A stretch of DNA of 64,000 nucleotides, from the IMG/VR virus record IMGVR_UViG_3300011008_002687, positions 47,270-111,269 of that record; one strand, written 5' to 3'. This DNA comes from a virus. Its lineage: Duplodnaviria; Caudoviricetes. Under the pieces are notes generated by a model. It did not search any database. It saw nothing but the letters and a program-made list of their open reading frames with translations, and was not told where the DNA came from. This document shows, one piece after another, positions 48,115-56,307 of the stretch (position 1 is its first letter; the number at the start of each line of letters is the position of its first letter). Made by a program: the position numbers and the translations under genes.

Positions 48115-48310
48115 CAGGTAACGGTTGGTAACGGGTAACGGTTGCTTTTTCTACTCTTATATTTTCACTTTTTTCAAAATTATTCTAAGTACACTTATAG
48201 TAATTTACTGCAAAAATGAAAACAGCCGTAACCAAGCGTTACCACCTGTAAAATCAACGCTTTTCAACCGTTACCTGAACCGTTACCAAGTAGTGATTCA
48301 ACCGTAACCA
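48115..48310. repeat. Second GGTAACGG/ACCGTTACC array flanking AT-rich tract
   Basis: Same motif and layout as 30495..30815. Confidence 0.75.
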
Positions 48311-48332
48311 ATGCCAAGAAAGGGGTGTTTTT

Positions 48333-48773
48333 ATGTTTGGGAAGAAGAAAAATGACAAGCCGGATGCAGTTGGCAATCATGTTTCCGGTCTTGATCTGCC
48401 TGAAGGCCAGCTTGTATCCGTTACCTTGACAGATGAACAGGTAATCATCAAGGCACCTGCCGCAAAAAAGGAATACAGCATCACGCTGGACAGGGTGACA
48501 GGGGTTTCACAGTATGATGATGTGGAAATTCAAAGCCACATGAAGTCATCATTGGCCAGGGGAATTGCCGGTGCTGTCGCCTTCGGTCTTGCCGGTGCTG
48601 TTATTGGCAGTCAGCCAAAGGAAAAGAAGAAACGTGTGATCCACATGTTCCTGGTGATTGACTATGTTGACGGTCAGATCATTATCACGTCTGATGTATG
48701 CTACAGGTTTTCAGATGTAGTGAAAAAGTTCAATGAACTGAAGCCGCAGACTGAACAAAAGATTTCACTGTAA
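48333..48773 (+). CDS. Lysogeny-module protein with glycine-rich hydrophobic segment
   Basis: RGIAGAVAFGLAGAVIG; between cI and int. Confidence 0.6.
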   Translation: MFGKKKNDKPDAVGNHVSGLDLPEGQLVSVTLTDEQVIIKAPAAKKEYSITLDRVTGVSQYDDVEIQSHMKSSLARGIAGAVAFGLAGAVIGSQPKEKKKRVIHMFLVIDYVDGQIIITSDVCYRFSDVVKKFNELKPQTEQKISL

Positions 48774-48856
48774 ACAAAAAAGAGGACATCCGGTGTAGCA
48801 GCACCGGATGTCCAAGTGATAACCAATTCAAGGAATGTGTTGAATTGGGCTATGCA
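48774..48856 (-). ncRNA. Putative ~80-nt antisense RNA upstream of integrase
   Basis: Promoter TTGCTA-17-TATGAT (48863..48891) and terminator GGACATCCGGTG-CTGCTA-CACCGGATGTCC-TCTTTTTT; complementary to early leader. Confidence 0.6.
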
Positions 48857-48898
48857 CCCTTAATCATAGCACACATTCCTTGAAATAGCAAGGAAGGA

Positions 48899-49921
48899 AT
48901 GTCTATGGGAAGAAGGAATCCAAACGGCTATGGCTGTGTGACAAAGCTGTCCGGCCATAGAACCAGACCATGGGTGGTGAAGGTGACCATCTATGATGAA
49001 GAAGGCAAGGCCAAGCAAACACCTGTGGCCTATGCAGCCACGGAACAGGAAGCCATGATCCTGCTGGCCAAGTACAACAATAATCCGTGGGAAGTGGACA
49101 GGGAAACCATCACCCTGGCTTCACTCTATCAGCGCTGGTCAAAGATCAAGCTGCCGAAGCTGGGGATCAGCACACAGCAGTCATTGAAGTCAGCCTTCAG
49201 GCACTGTTCCAAGTATTACGGCACCAAGTACCGGCAGATCAAGTCCTATCAGATGCAGGATACCATTGACAACTGTGGCAAGGGATATTCCACCCAGGGC
49301 GCAATCAAGGCACTGTGGGGACACCTTGACCGGTTTGCCTTTGAACTGGACATCATTGACAAGATGTACAGCCAGCTGACATCAGCTGCACCAATTCCTG
49401 AAACCACCAGGGAACCATTCACCCAGGAACAGATAGATGACCTGTGGAAGATCTCTGATCAGCCATATGTGAACACCGTGCTGATTTATCTGTACACCGG
49501 CTTCAGACTGACTGAACTTCTAACCATGAAGGCTGAACAGGTGAACATGGATGAACTGTACTTCCAAGGTGGGATCAAGACGGCATCAGGCAAAGGCAGA
49601 ATTGTTCCCATCCATCACAGGATCCAACCATTTGTGAAGGATCTGGTCAGCACCGGCAGCACGTACCTGTTCACCTATGACGGGAAGAAGATCAGCAATG
49701 CAAAATACTATGAACTGTGGAACACCGTGATGCAGGCCATTGGTGCAGACAAGACACCGCATGAAGCCAGACACACATTTGAAACCAGGCTGGATAATGC
49801 CAACGGCAACCGGAAGTGTATTGACATGCTGATGGGACATAAGTCAAAAGACGTGGGAAACAGGGTGTATAATCACAAAACCGTGAACCAGCTGAAGGAA
49901 ACCATTGAACTGTTGCAGTAA
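48899..49921 (+). CDS. int: Tyrosine integrase (inner prophage)
   Basis: YTGFR..E, K, HEARHT, MGH, VYNH. Confidence 0.95.
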   Translation: MSMGRRNPNGYGCVTKLSGHRTRPWVVKVTIYDEEGKAKQTPVAYAATEQEAMILLAKYNNNPWEVDRETITLASLYQRWSKIKLPKLGISTQQSLKSAFRHCSKYYGTKYRQIKSYQMQDTIDNCGKGYSTQGAIKALWGHLDRFAFELDIIDKMYSQLTSAAPIPETTREPFTQEQIDDLWKISDQPYVNTVLIYLYTGFRLTELLTMKAEQVNMDELYFQGGIKTASGKGRIVPIHHRIQPFVKDLVSTGSTYLFTYDGKKISNAKYYELWNTVMQAIGADKTPHEARHTFETRLDNANGNRKCIDMLMGHKSKDVGNRVYNHKTVNQLKETIELLQ

Positions 49922-49939
49922 TGATTTTCCCATTGAACC

Positions 49940-49957
49940 AGTAACAAATTAGAAACA
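49940..49957 (+). repeat. 18-bp direct repeat, copy 2
   Basis: Exact match to 4130..4147. Confidence 0.85.
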
Positions 49958-49962
49958 AAAAT

Positions 49963-50000
49963 AAGCGGAAGTCATTGAAAATCAAGGACTTCCGCTTTTT
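49963..50000 (+). terminator. Terminator-like hairpin after int
   Basis: AAGCGGAAGTC...GACTTCCGCTT-TTT. Confidence 0.65.
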
Positions 50001-50008
50001 GAAGGCAC

Positions 50009-50017
50009 ATTATACCA
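50009..50017. other. Probable att core (right junction)
   Basis: ATTATACCA; CTC/CGA-containing sequence resumes right after. Confidence 0.65.
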
Positions 50018-50268
50018 TATTACCGCTCCTAAGTACACTGAAAATGCCGATTTATCAGCGTTTCAAGGCTTTTTGGCAGGCCCTCATTGACCTGCCCTTC
50101 TGCCTTCGGGAAGAAAAACAACTGGCTGTTTTTTAGGGGTGACATTTGGGTTATCGGCTGATACCATATTACCATTTGGTAATTCGCACGTAAACCTACG
50201 ATTTTTCTACACCCCTAATCAGAGATACCTCTGTCACTTCGTTACAGCCCCAGGATGCCGTTATTTAC

Positions 50269-50823
50269 TCACATTCCAAGTAAATATGTTGCCACGATTT
50301 TGCAGGCAATTCCGAGGTCTTTATAGACCGTTTTCTCCGTTATGCCTTCCATCTCTGCAATCTCAGCTACCGTCTTTTCCTCTTCCTCAATGTACTTTGC
50401 CATTACTTCCCTATACCTGCGCTTGAACTCTTCGCTTGCGCTCCGCTCTGCCTCCGCTGCATACAGCTCCATCGCCCTGTCTATGCTTTGGATTTCAAAC
50501 CGGTCCCTCTTCCTCTTTTTCTCTATGCTGAGGATCGTATTCTCCGACTTTACCATTTCGGACGCTGATCCCATTAAGTCCTCCACGAACTTCCAACGGT
50601 ATTCTATCTTCTCGTCCTCTGTAAATTCCTCTGTCTCCACAAGCGATGCTTTCACTCTCCGGTATGATGCCAGTTTTTTCTTCGTTACGGAAACCTTCTC
50701 ATTGGACCGCCTTGTTTCCGTTTTCCTCTGCTCCGCTTTGTAGGCGGCTACCGCCTCTTTGCTTGCCAGTGCTGCTACCCTGTTCAAATCCTCTTGTGTC
50801 AGTACATACCTTTTCTCGCCCAT
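50269..50823 (-). CDS. Probable late transcription regulator (C-terminal sigma-4-like HTH)
   Basis: TVAEIAEMEGITEKTVYKDL; last early gene before late operon. Confidence 0.6.
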   Translation of the reverse strand: MGEKRYVLTQEDLNRVAALASKEAVAAYKAEQRKTETRRSNEKVSVTKKKLASYRRVKASLVETEEFTEDEKIEYRWKFVEDLMGSASEMVKSENTILSIEKKRKRDRFEIQSIDRAMELYAAEAERSASEEFKRRYREVMAKYIEEEEKTVAEIAEMEGITEKTVYKDLGIACKIVATYLLGM

Positions 50824-50840
50824 TGTTTTCTTCCGCCTCC

Positions 50841-50869
50841 TTGACTTTCTCGCAAATGCGAGGTATAAT
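50841..50869 (+). promoter_or_regulatory. Near-consensus antisense promoter with palindrome CTCGCA-AA-TGCGAG in spacer
   Basis: TTGACT-17 bp-TATAAT. Confidence 0.7.
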
Positions 50870-50919
50870 CCAATTACCAGTTGGGGCTGTCTCGGAAACG
50901 GACGGCTCTTTTCTTTTGC

Positions 50920-51207
50920 TTATTTTCTGCGATGCTGTGCCGCATTAGGGCAGGTTGCAAAGTGTGAGATGTAACCATATCCGTCGGCATTGTCTCCGTC
51001 TGATCTGTTGGCAGAGATTACCTCTCCTGTCGGCGTTACTATCTTCTCTGTCGCTTTCTCTCCCTCCTTCGGCAGCTTGTAGTCAATATAGGTCGTGTCA
51101 ACCGGCATATTCTTTCCGGCTGTCGTCTTAATCCATAGTATCTGTCTGCCACAACTCCTGCATCTTCCAAAAGAGCCATTTCCCATGAGCCTCGTTCCTC
51201 CTTTCAT
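50920..51207 (-). CDS. Small Zn-binding phage protein
   Basis: CRSC...HFATC. Confidence 0.6.
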   Translation of the reverse strand: MKGGTRLMGNGSFGRCRSCGRQILWIKTTAGKNMPVDTTYIDYKLPKEGEKATEKIVTPTGEVISANRSDGDNADGYGYISHFATCPNAAQHRRK

Positions 51208-51527
51208 CCGTTCTCAATTCTCTTCAATTCCTCTATGCCTATCAGCCTGCAGTCCGGTAGCATTATCAGACAATCTCCCAGGACTACCTTCGGCCCTTCA
51301 ATGTGCCATTTCGGATAATTCACAATCACGCTACACTCCTGGGCTATGCAGTATGAGGAATCGAGGATAATCTGCTTTACCCGCTTTAAGTCTGCCTGGG
51401 ATGTCCTCTTTCCGTTGATAGGCATTTTCTCAAAGCGTCTCTGCATCAACTTCTCTTCTTTGTATATCCTCTCGTACACATACATGAAACCTCTTGCCAT
51501 TAAATCACTCTCTTTCGCTTTTATCAT
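51204..51527 (-). CDS. Hypothetical protein
   Basis: In-operon ORF. Confidence 0.4.
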   Translation of the reverse strand: MIKAKESDLMARGFMYVYERIYKEEKLMQRRFEKMPINGKRTSQADLKRVKQIILDSSYCIAQECSVIVNYPKWHIEGPKVVLGDCLIMLPDCRLIGIEELKRIENG

Positions 51528-51666
51528 ACGCCGCCGACAAGTTCTTTCTACATTGTACTATGGTCATTTCGTCACAAAGGGCTTCGCATGATGTGCATTT
51601 CAAAGGACACTCTTCGTATGTGATTTTCCGAATCTCCGATGCACTCATATCTTTATATTTCACGCT

Positions 51667-51978
51667 CTACCTCCTGTTCGGCTTTTTGATCTTCTCCGTC
51701 TCTTTCAGCTCCGGCTTTCCGACAATATTTTTCATGCCCTCGTAAAGTTCCTTCGCTCCGGGATTGTTCTTCTCTACCTCGTCCGCAAGGTGGCGCAGGA
51801 CTAAGACTATTAGCCCCGCATCCGCCTTTGCGTATGGAGATATGGCGTCGATTATTCTCTTCGTGTAATACTGTAGACCAGTCTCTACCAACTTCATAGC
51901 CTCCGGTGTCTTTCCTTTGGCTATAAGCTGATTGCCTCGATCCACATAACTACTCATTCTCGGCTTGCCTATCTTCAT
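51667..51978 (-). CDS. Hypothetical protein
   Basis: In-operon ORF. Confidence 0.5.
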   Translation of the reverse strand: MKIGKPRMSSYVDRGNQLIAKGKTPEAMKLVETGLQYYTKRIIDAISPYAKADAGLIVLVLRHLADEVEKNNPGAKELYEGMKNIVGKPELKETEKIKKPNRR

Positions 51979-52595
51979 TCTTCGCTCCCTTCGTCGTCCT
52001 CTTCCGGATCGTCGTACTTGTAATCGTCGCCTCCAAGCAGCTCGTCCGTAATATCTTCCAGGTCCTCTCCCGGTTCCCCTGCAGGTTCTTCGCCTTCCGG
52101 ATCATTCTCTCCGTCCTCTTCGCCGGGACCAGGGAGCAGAGGTCTTACGCTGCCTTCGATATAGGAACCGCCGTCAATGATGTTTTCCTCGTCGTCCTCT
52201 TTGGTCTCGTAGTTCGGCTTGAAATCAGAATCAAAAATACTTCTCTGCTGAGTGTTGGCGATAGGACGCAGCTCATAGACTCCATCCTCATTCATCACCA
52301 GTTCCATCTCCGTATCATACTTTCCGGATTTCTCGTCGTTGATCTTGACTGCAGATGTCACCTTATGCTTAAACTGAGGCTTGCTTACCTCCCTGCTCTC
52401 TCCCTCAATCTCAGGATCGTAGTTCGGGATAAACTCCTTAATCATCGTGACATCGATCTTGATTGTCATACTGCCCTCGTTGGTTCCCTTTTCAAGCATA
52501 TTGCCAAGCAACCTCTGCAGGACAAAATTCATATCAACTTTCATCTGCTCAAATGTGTCACTGTCAAAGTCCAGTCTCTTTACATATTCGTTCAT
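51975..52595 (-). CDS. Hypothetical protein with acidic tail
   Basis: In-operon ORF. Confidence 0.55.
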   Translation of the reverse strand: MNEYVKRLDFDSDTFEQMKVDMNFVLQRLLGNMLEKGTNEGSMTIKIDVTMIKEFIPNYDPEIEGESREVSKPQFKHKVTSAVKINDEKSGKYDTEMELVMNEDGVYELRPIANTQQRSIFDSDFKPNYETKEDDEENIIDGGSYIEGSVRPLLPGPGEEDGENDPEGEEPAGEPGEDLEDITDELLGGDDYKYDDPEEDDEGSEE

Positions 52596-53650
52596 TTGTC
52601 AATCCTCCCGTATTCAATGTTATTATCCTTCATATACTGGATAAGACCGTTCAACTGATCTTTGGTACCCAGTGCGTAGAATCTTGTGCGGTATCTCTTC
52701 GGTTCTTCCTTTGGAGCCTCTGCTTTCTGAGCGAATGGATCAACTACCGCATCCTCTGACTTCTGTTCTTCCGGCTGTTCTGCAGGAGTTTCCGGAGCAA
52801 GAGTTTCAGCCTTCGGTTCCTCGGCTACCTTTGCCGCCTCTTCCGCTTTTCTCTCTTCCTCCGCTTTCCTGCGTTCCTCTTCAAGTCTCTTGCGTTCTGC
52901 CTCTTCCTCGGCCTTGCGTCTCTTCTCTGCCTCCAACTTCTCTTCAAGCTCCATAAGGCGCTTATTCTCTGCCAAAGCCTGGGACAAATCCATTGTCTTA
53001 ATATAGACATCCTTTGCGTTCAGCTTATACTTGCTATCGAGGCCGTCTATCGTGTCGAGGTCTCTCCTTACCCTCTCCACCTTTTCTCTGACTTCGCCCT
53101 GTGCCTTGCTGAGTGCATAGGTCGCATTGAGGTATCTCGGATCAAACACCTTCTCAAATGGAAGTACGGATGCAAGGTCGCCTATCACTTCATCGTACAC
53201 AGCAACAATCTTCTGTTTCTTCTCTTCTTTCTGCTGATTCTCGTAATCCTTGATCGTGGTGTCTATCATGCCTACCGGCTTTTTGATAAGTTCCAGGACC
53301 TCCTTGATCTCGCCCTCAAAGGTCGTGTACGGCTCCATGATGATGTTTTTAACCATCTTCCGGCGGTCCTCGATTGCCTTCGTGAGCTTATTCAGCTCTG
53401 CCCTGTCTGCCTTTGCCTGCTGAATGTTCTCGTCCGTATAGACCACATTCTCATACATGGCCACTTTCTGCTTGATTGCCGCCTCCAACTCTGCCCGGTT
53501 CCATTTGATCTCTCGCAGGAAACCGTCCTCTGTCGGGTTAATCAGACGGAACTCCATTTCCGCCGGAGCTGCAGGTACAATCTCTGTACCCATAACCTCG
53601 CCTTCCACCCTTTCCAAATCTGCCGCCTTTGTCGTTTTTCTTGCTGCCAT
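52592..53650 (-). CDS. DUF1351-like coiled-coil protein
   Basis: AKADRAELNK...RRK.VK...PY..FE. Confidence 0.65.
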   Translation of the reverse strand: MAARKTTKAADLERVEGEVMGTEIVPAAPAEMEFRLINPTEDGFLREIKWNRAELEAAIKQKVAMYENVVYTDENIQQAKADRAELNKLTKAIEDRRKMVKNIIMEPYTTFEGEIKEVLELIKKPVGMIDTTIKDYENQQKEEKKQKIVAVYDEVIGDLASVLPFEKVFDPRYLNATYALSKAQGEVREKVERVRRDLDTIDGLDSKYKLNAKDVYIKTMDLSQALAENKRLMELEEKLEAEKRRKAEEEAERKRLEEERRKAEEERKAEEAAKVAEEPKAETLAPETPAEQPEEQKSEDAVVDPFAQKAEAPKEEPKRYRTRFYALGTKDQLNGLIQYMKDNNIEYGRIDK

Positions 53651-53702
53651 TGTTCTTCCTCCTTTTATTCTCATTGGCGGCTTAACAGCCGCCTTACAGT
53701 TA

Positions 53703-54782
53703 TCAGTTTTCAGTATTCAGTTTGCAGTAATAAGCGGAGCGGAAACCGATGTAGCCGTACGAGTACGACCGGGCAATGTTGAGGTACACGTTGAACACGC
53801 CCGCACGGGCGGCAGAGTTCCAGTAGCCCCCGCAAATCGGCAAACGCTCGCCTTCTGTATCTGCGTACAGATAAGCCTCCGGCTCTCCCGGATATAACGC
53901 AAGTTCTTTCATCTGCTCCGTAATCTCAATATCCATCACCGCATCCTGCCACTCGCAACCGTCATAATCTGCCTGGATGTCCTCGTCCGTTGTGAATCTC
54001 ACACATCCGTCGGTACAATCCAGTCTGATGATCTTTCCGTCGTTTGTCAGTAGCGGTTTCCACTTGTCGCTGTTCTCCGATAAATCAATATCCATGGCTG
54101 CATCGTTGTTCTCCGGTGCCTGCAGGACTCCGTTCATAAGACGCAAGCCTCTGAACCATTCATATATGTTTCCGCAAAGGTCGGACACTCCAAATACCGT
54201 ATAGTCATGATTCCATGTTGCCGGACCGGTTCCGGTCAGCGTCCTTCCGTACTCGTATGTCTCACCTTGCTCCTCCTCGTCTCCATGCCACTTACCGTAA
54301 TTCGTATTTCCATGAGGCAGGGTGTCATTCTTCTTGCAGATGTTCGCAAGCAGACCTCTCTCCATTGCCGTCCAAAGATGCCACCCCTCGCCTTTTGAAA
54401 AGCAGGCTTTCTCTGCCTCTGTATATGTCACACTTGTTGCCGGTTTCTGATATGGCAGACTGTACGCCTTCCCGTTTATGATCGTATTCGGGTACTTGCT
54501 GATGTAGATTTCATCATAAACCTGGTCGCCGATGATGAAGGCAGGAAACACCTTGTCTGAACCTCCGAACAGCTCCTTATCCGTCACCCTCGAAAACCGA
54601 ACCATGATTGACGGAATCCCTGCCTTATCGAATACCACAACATTATCTGCCCTTATCGGCTCGTACTCCGGTGCAGGCTTAAAGCATACGCACCTGCCCT
54701 CTGCATTGATTACAAGCTGAGGAATCTGACACACTCCCTTGCAATCCTTACTCTTACAGTTCCTTTCGCATTTAACACTCAT
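53703..54782 (-). CDS. FGE/CLec-fold protein with VR-like C-terminus
   Basis: DLCGNIYEW, GGYW...AGVF...GFRSA. Confidence 0.75.
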   Translation of the reverse strand: MSVKCERNCKSKDCKGVCQIPQLVINAEGRCVCFKPAPEYEPIRADNVVVFDKAGIPSIMVRFSRVTDKELFGGSDKVFPAFIIGDQVYDEIYISKYPNTIINGKAYSLPYQKPATSVTYTEAEKACFSKGEGWHLWTAMERGLLANICKKNDTLPHGNTNYGKWHGDEEEQGETYEYGRTLTGTGPATWNHDYTVFGVSDLCGNIYEWFRGLRLMNGVLQAPENNDAAMDIDLSENSDKWKPLLTNDGKIIRLDCTDGCVRFTTDEDIQADYDGCEWQDAVMDIEITEQMKELALYPGEPEAYLYADTEGERLPICGGYWNSAARAGVFNVYLNIARSYSYGYIGFRSAYYCKLNTEN

Positions 54783-55237
54783 TGAGCCACCTCCACTACT
54801 TTTATTAACACGTCTACCCTCGGTGTTTCCGAGTAGAATTTTCTTACCTGTGCATCTACAACAGCCGAGTCGTCGTGATACGCTATCTTATTCAGACTGT
54901 CGCAGATGATCTTCCCTATGTTGTCCCAGTCCGGCTTTTTCGTTGGTCGCAGTTTATGCTCCAACATAAGCCTCTGTTTCTTCTTGCTGATCGATTTTGG
55001 AATGCCGTAATATGCGATCACTCTCACATCGAACATTGCATCCTCCGGAAACTTCTTACCCTTTGCCGCCTGCTGATACATCAGCTTTACAAGATTCTCA
55101 TATGATGTTGTCTCGTCCGGCGTATAGGTTTTCACATAATTTCCTGCCCTTGAAAACTTCGGGCGCTGCTTTCCGAATGGCTCTCCCGGTATCGTAAATC
55201 TGATCTGCCTCAATACGTCCTCCTTTTCCACTTCCAT
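54779..55237 (-). CDS. rusA: RusA Holliday junction resolvase
   Basis: KQRP, KPDWDNIGK..CDSLN...DD. Confidence 0.88.
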   Translation of the reverse strand: MEVEKEDVLRQIRFTIPGEPFGKQRPKFSRAGNYVKTYTPDETTSYENLVKLMYQQAAKGKKFPEDAMFDVRVIAYYGIPKSISKKKQRLMLEHKLRPTKKPDWDNIGKIICDSLNKIAYHDDSAVVDAQVRKFYSETPRVDVLIKVVEVAQ

Positions 55238-55246
55238 GCCGCCCTC

Positions 55247-55429
55247 CTACCTGCTCGTGTCGGCATTTTCAGCATCCAGTGATACCTTTAGGAAGTAGTC
55301 CAACTGCTTTCCGGTTTCGGTTTTCTTCCTCTTGCCCTGTGCCACCGTATAACCATTCTTGACAAGAATCTGAGCTACCGCCAGTCTGTCCTCCTGGTTA
55401 TAAATCACCAGTTCCATTTCATTCGCCAT
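55247..55429 (-). CDS. Hypothetical protein
   Basis: DR..VA.ILVKNGY. Confidence 0.55.
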   Translation of the reverse strand: MANEMELVIYNQEDRLAVAQILVKNGYTVAQGKRKKTETGKQLDYFLKVSLDAENADTSR

Positions 55430-55431
55430 CG

Positions 55432-56307
55432 CTATTCCTCCATCAATTTCTTCATGTTGTCAAATCTTCGTGCCGCCTCCTGTTCTCTCCAGGACCTTCC
55501 TGCCGCCCTAACCGGATAACACATTTCAAAGATGCGGTCATAAATCCTCTTGTACCGGATATCCGGTGTGTCCTGCATTTCCTGCAGGCTGAGGTTTGTT
55601 GTTAGGATCAGCGGCTTTCTTACTCTGTACCGGCTGTCGATCACGTTATATACCTTCTCTAAGGCATACTCCGTATTCCTCTCCGTTCCCAAATCATCAA
55701 TGATAAGTAGTCTCGGAGAGTTCAGCTTTGCCATAAACTCGCTTTCGTCCGTCTGAGGTTTCTGTATCTCCTGCAGAATCTTCACAAAAGATGTCATAAC
55801 CACCGATGTCCGATTGTTCAAAAGCTCGTTTGCAATGCAGGCTGCCGTAAAACTCTTTCCAGTACCGACCACTCCGTAAAACAACAATCCTTGGTTCTCC
55901 TGCTCCATCTGAGGAAAATTTTCAATGTACTTCTTTGCTACTGCATACAGCTTTTGGTTATCCTCTGTCTTTTGGAAGTTTGCAAGCGTTGCACTCCGGA
56001 ACTTCTCTTCGATTAGGCTGCTTTTTCTCAAAGCGTTCAGCCTTTGCATTTCTTCCTCGTGTTTTCGCCTTTCCTCTTCGGCCTCCATTTCCTCTTTCTT
56101 GCACTGGCAGATAACCGGTACCACTGTTTCTCTCTTTGCTCCGTCGTCTCTTCTGAAATCCGGAACCATGATCCTGCTTTCTTTCTTCGTCCGGCACTTC
56201 CCACAATAGAGCAGGCCGTCCTCTCCGTAATAATCATCTCCTTCCGGCTGTCGCCTGTCCGGGATCAGATTCTCGATGATGTCCTTAATTCCTTCCATCC
56301 TGCTCAC
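55432..56307 (-). CDS. DnaC/IstB-like helicase loader
   Basis: GVVGTGKS, IIDDLG, TTN. Confidence 0.88.
   Translation of the reverse strand: MSRMEGIKDIIENLIPDRRQPEGDDYYGEDGLLYCGKCRTKKESRIMVPDFRRDDGAKRETVVPVICQCKKEEMEAEEERRKHEEEMQRLNALRKSSLIEEKFRSATLANFQKTEDNQKLYAVAKKYIENFPQMEQENQGLLFYGVVGTGKSFTAACIANELLNNRTSVVMTSFVKILQEIQKPQTDESEFMAKLNSPRLLIIDDLGTERNTEYALEKVYNVIDSRYRVRKPLILTTNLSLQEMQDTPDIRYKRIYDRIFEMCYPVRAAGRSWREQEAARRFDNMKKLMEE

Larger units (their letters stand above)
4026..50017. mobile_element. Inner prophage, ~46 kb, contractile tail (PBSX/Xkd-like), apparently complete
   Basis: Complete lysis-tail-head-packaging-replication-immunity-integrase gene order, terminal repeats, distinct trinucleotide composition. 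Confidence 0.92.

Noticed and set aside
4130-49957. 18-bp repeat as the att core
   Set aside because: Would leave the int terminator in the target and does not rebuild the outer promoter; kept only as the alternative hypothesis
53733-53845. Second target of the inner-phage TR
   Set aside because: Differs from TR 7873..8005 at many non-adenine positions
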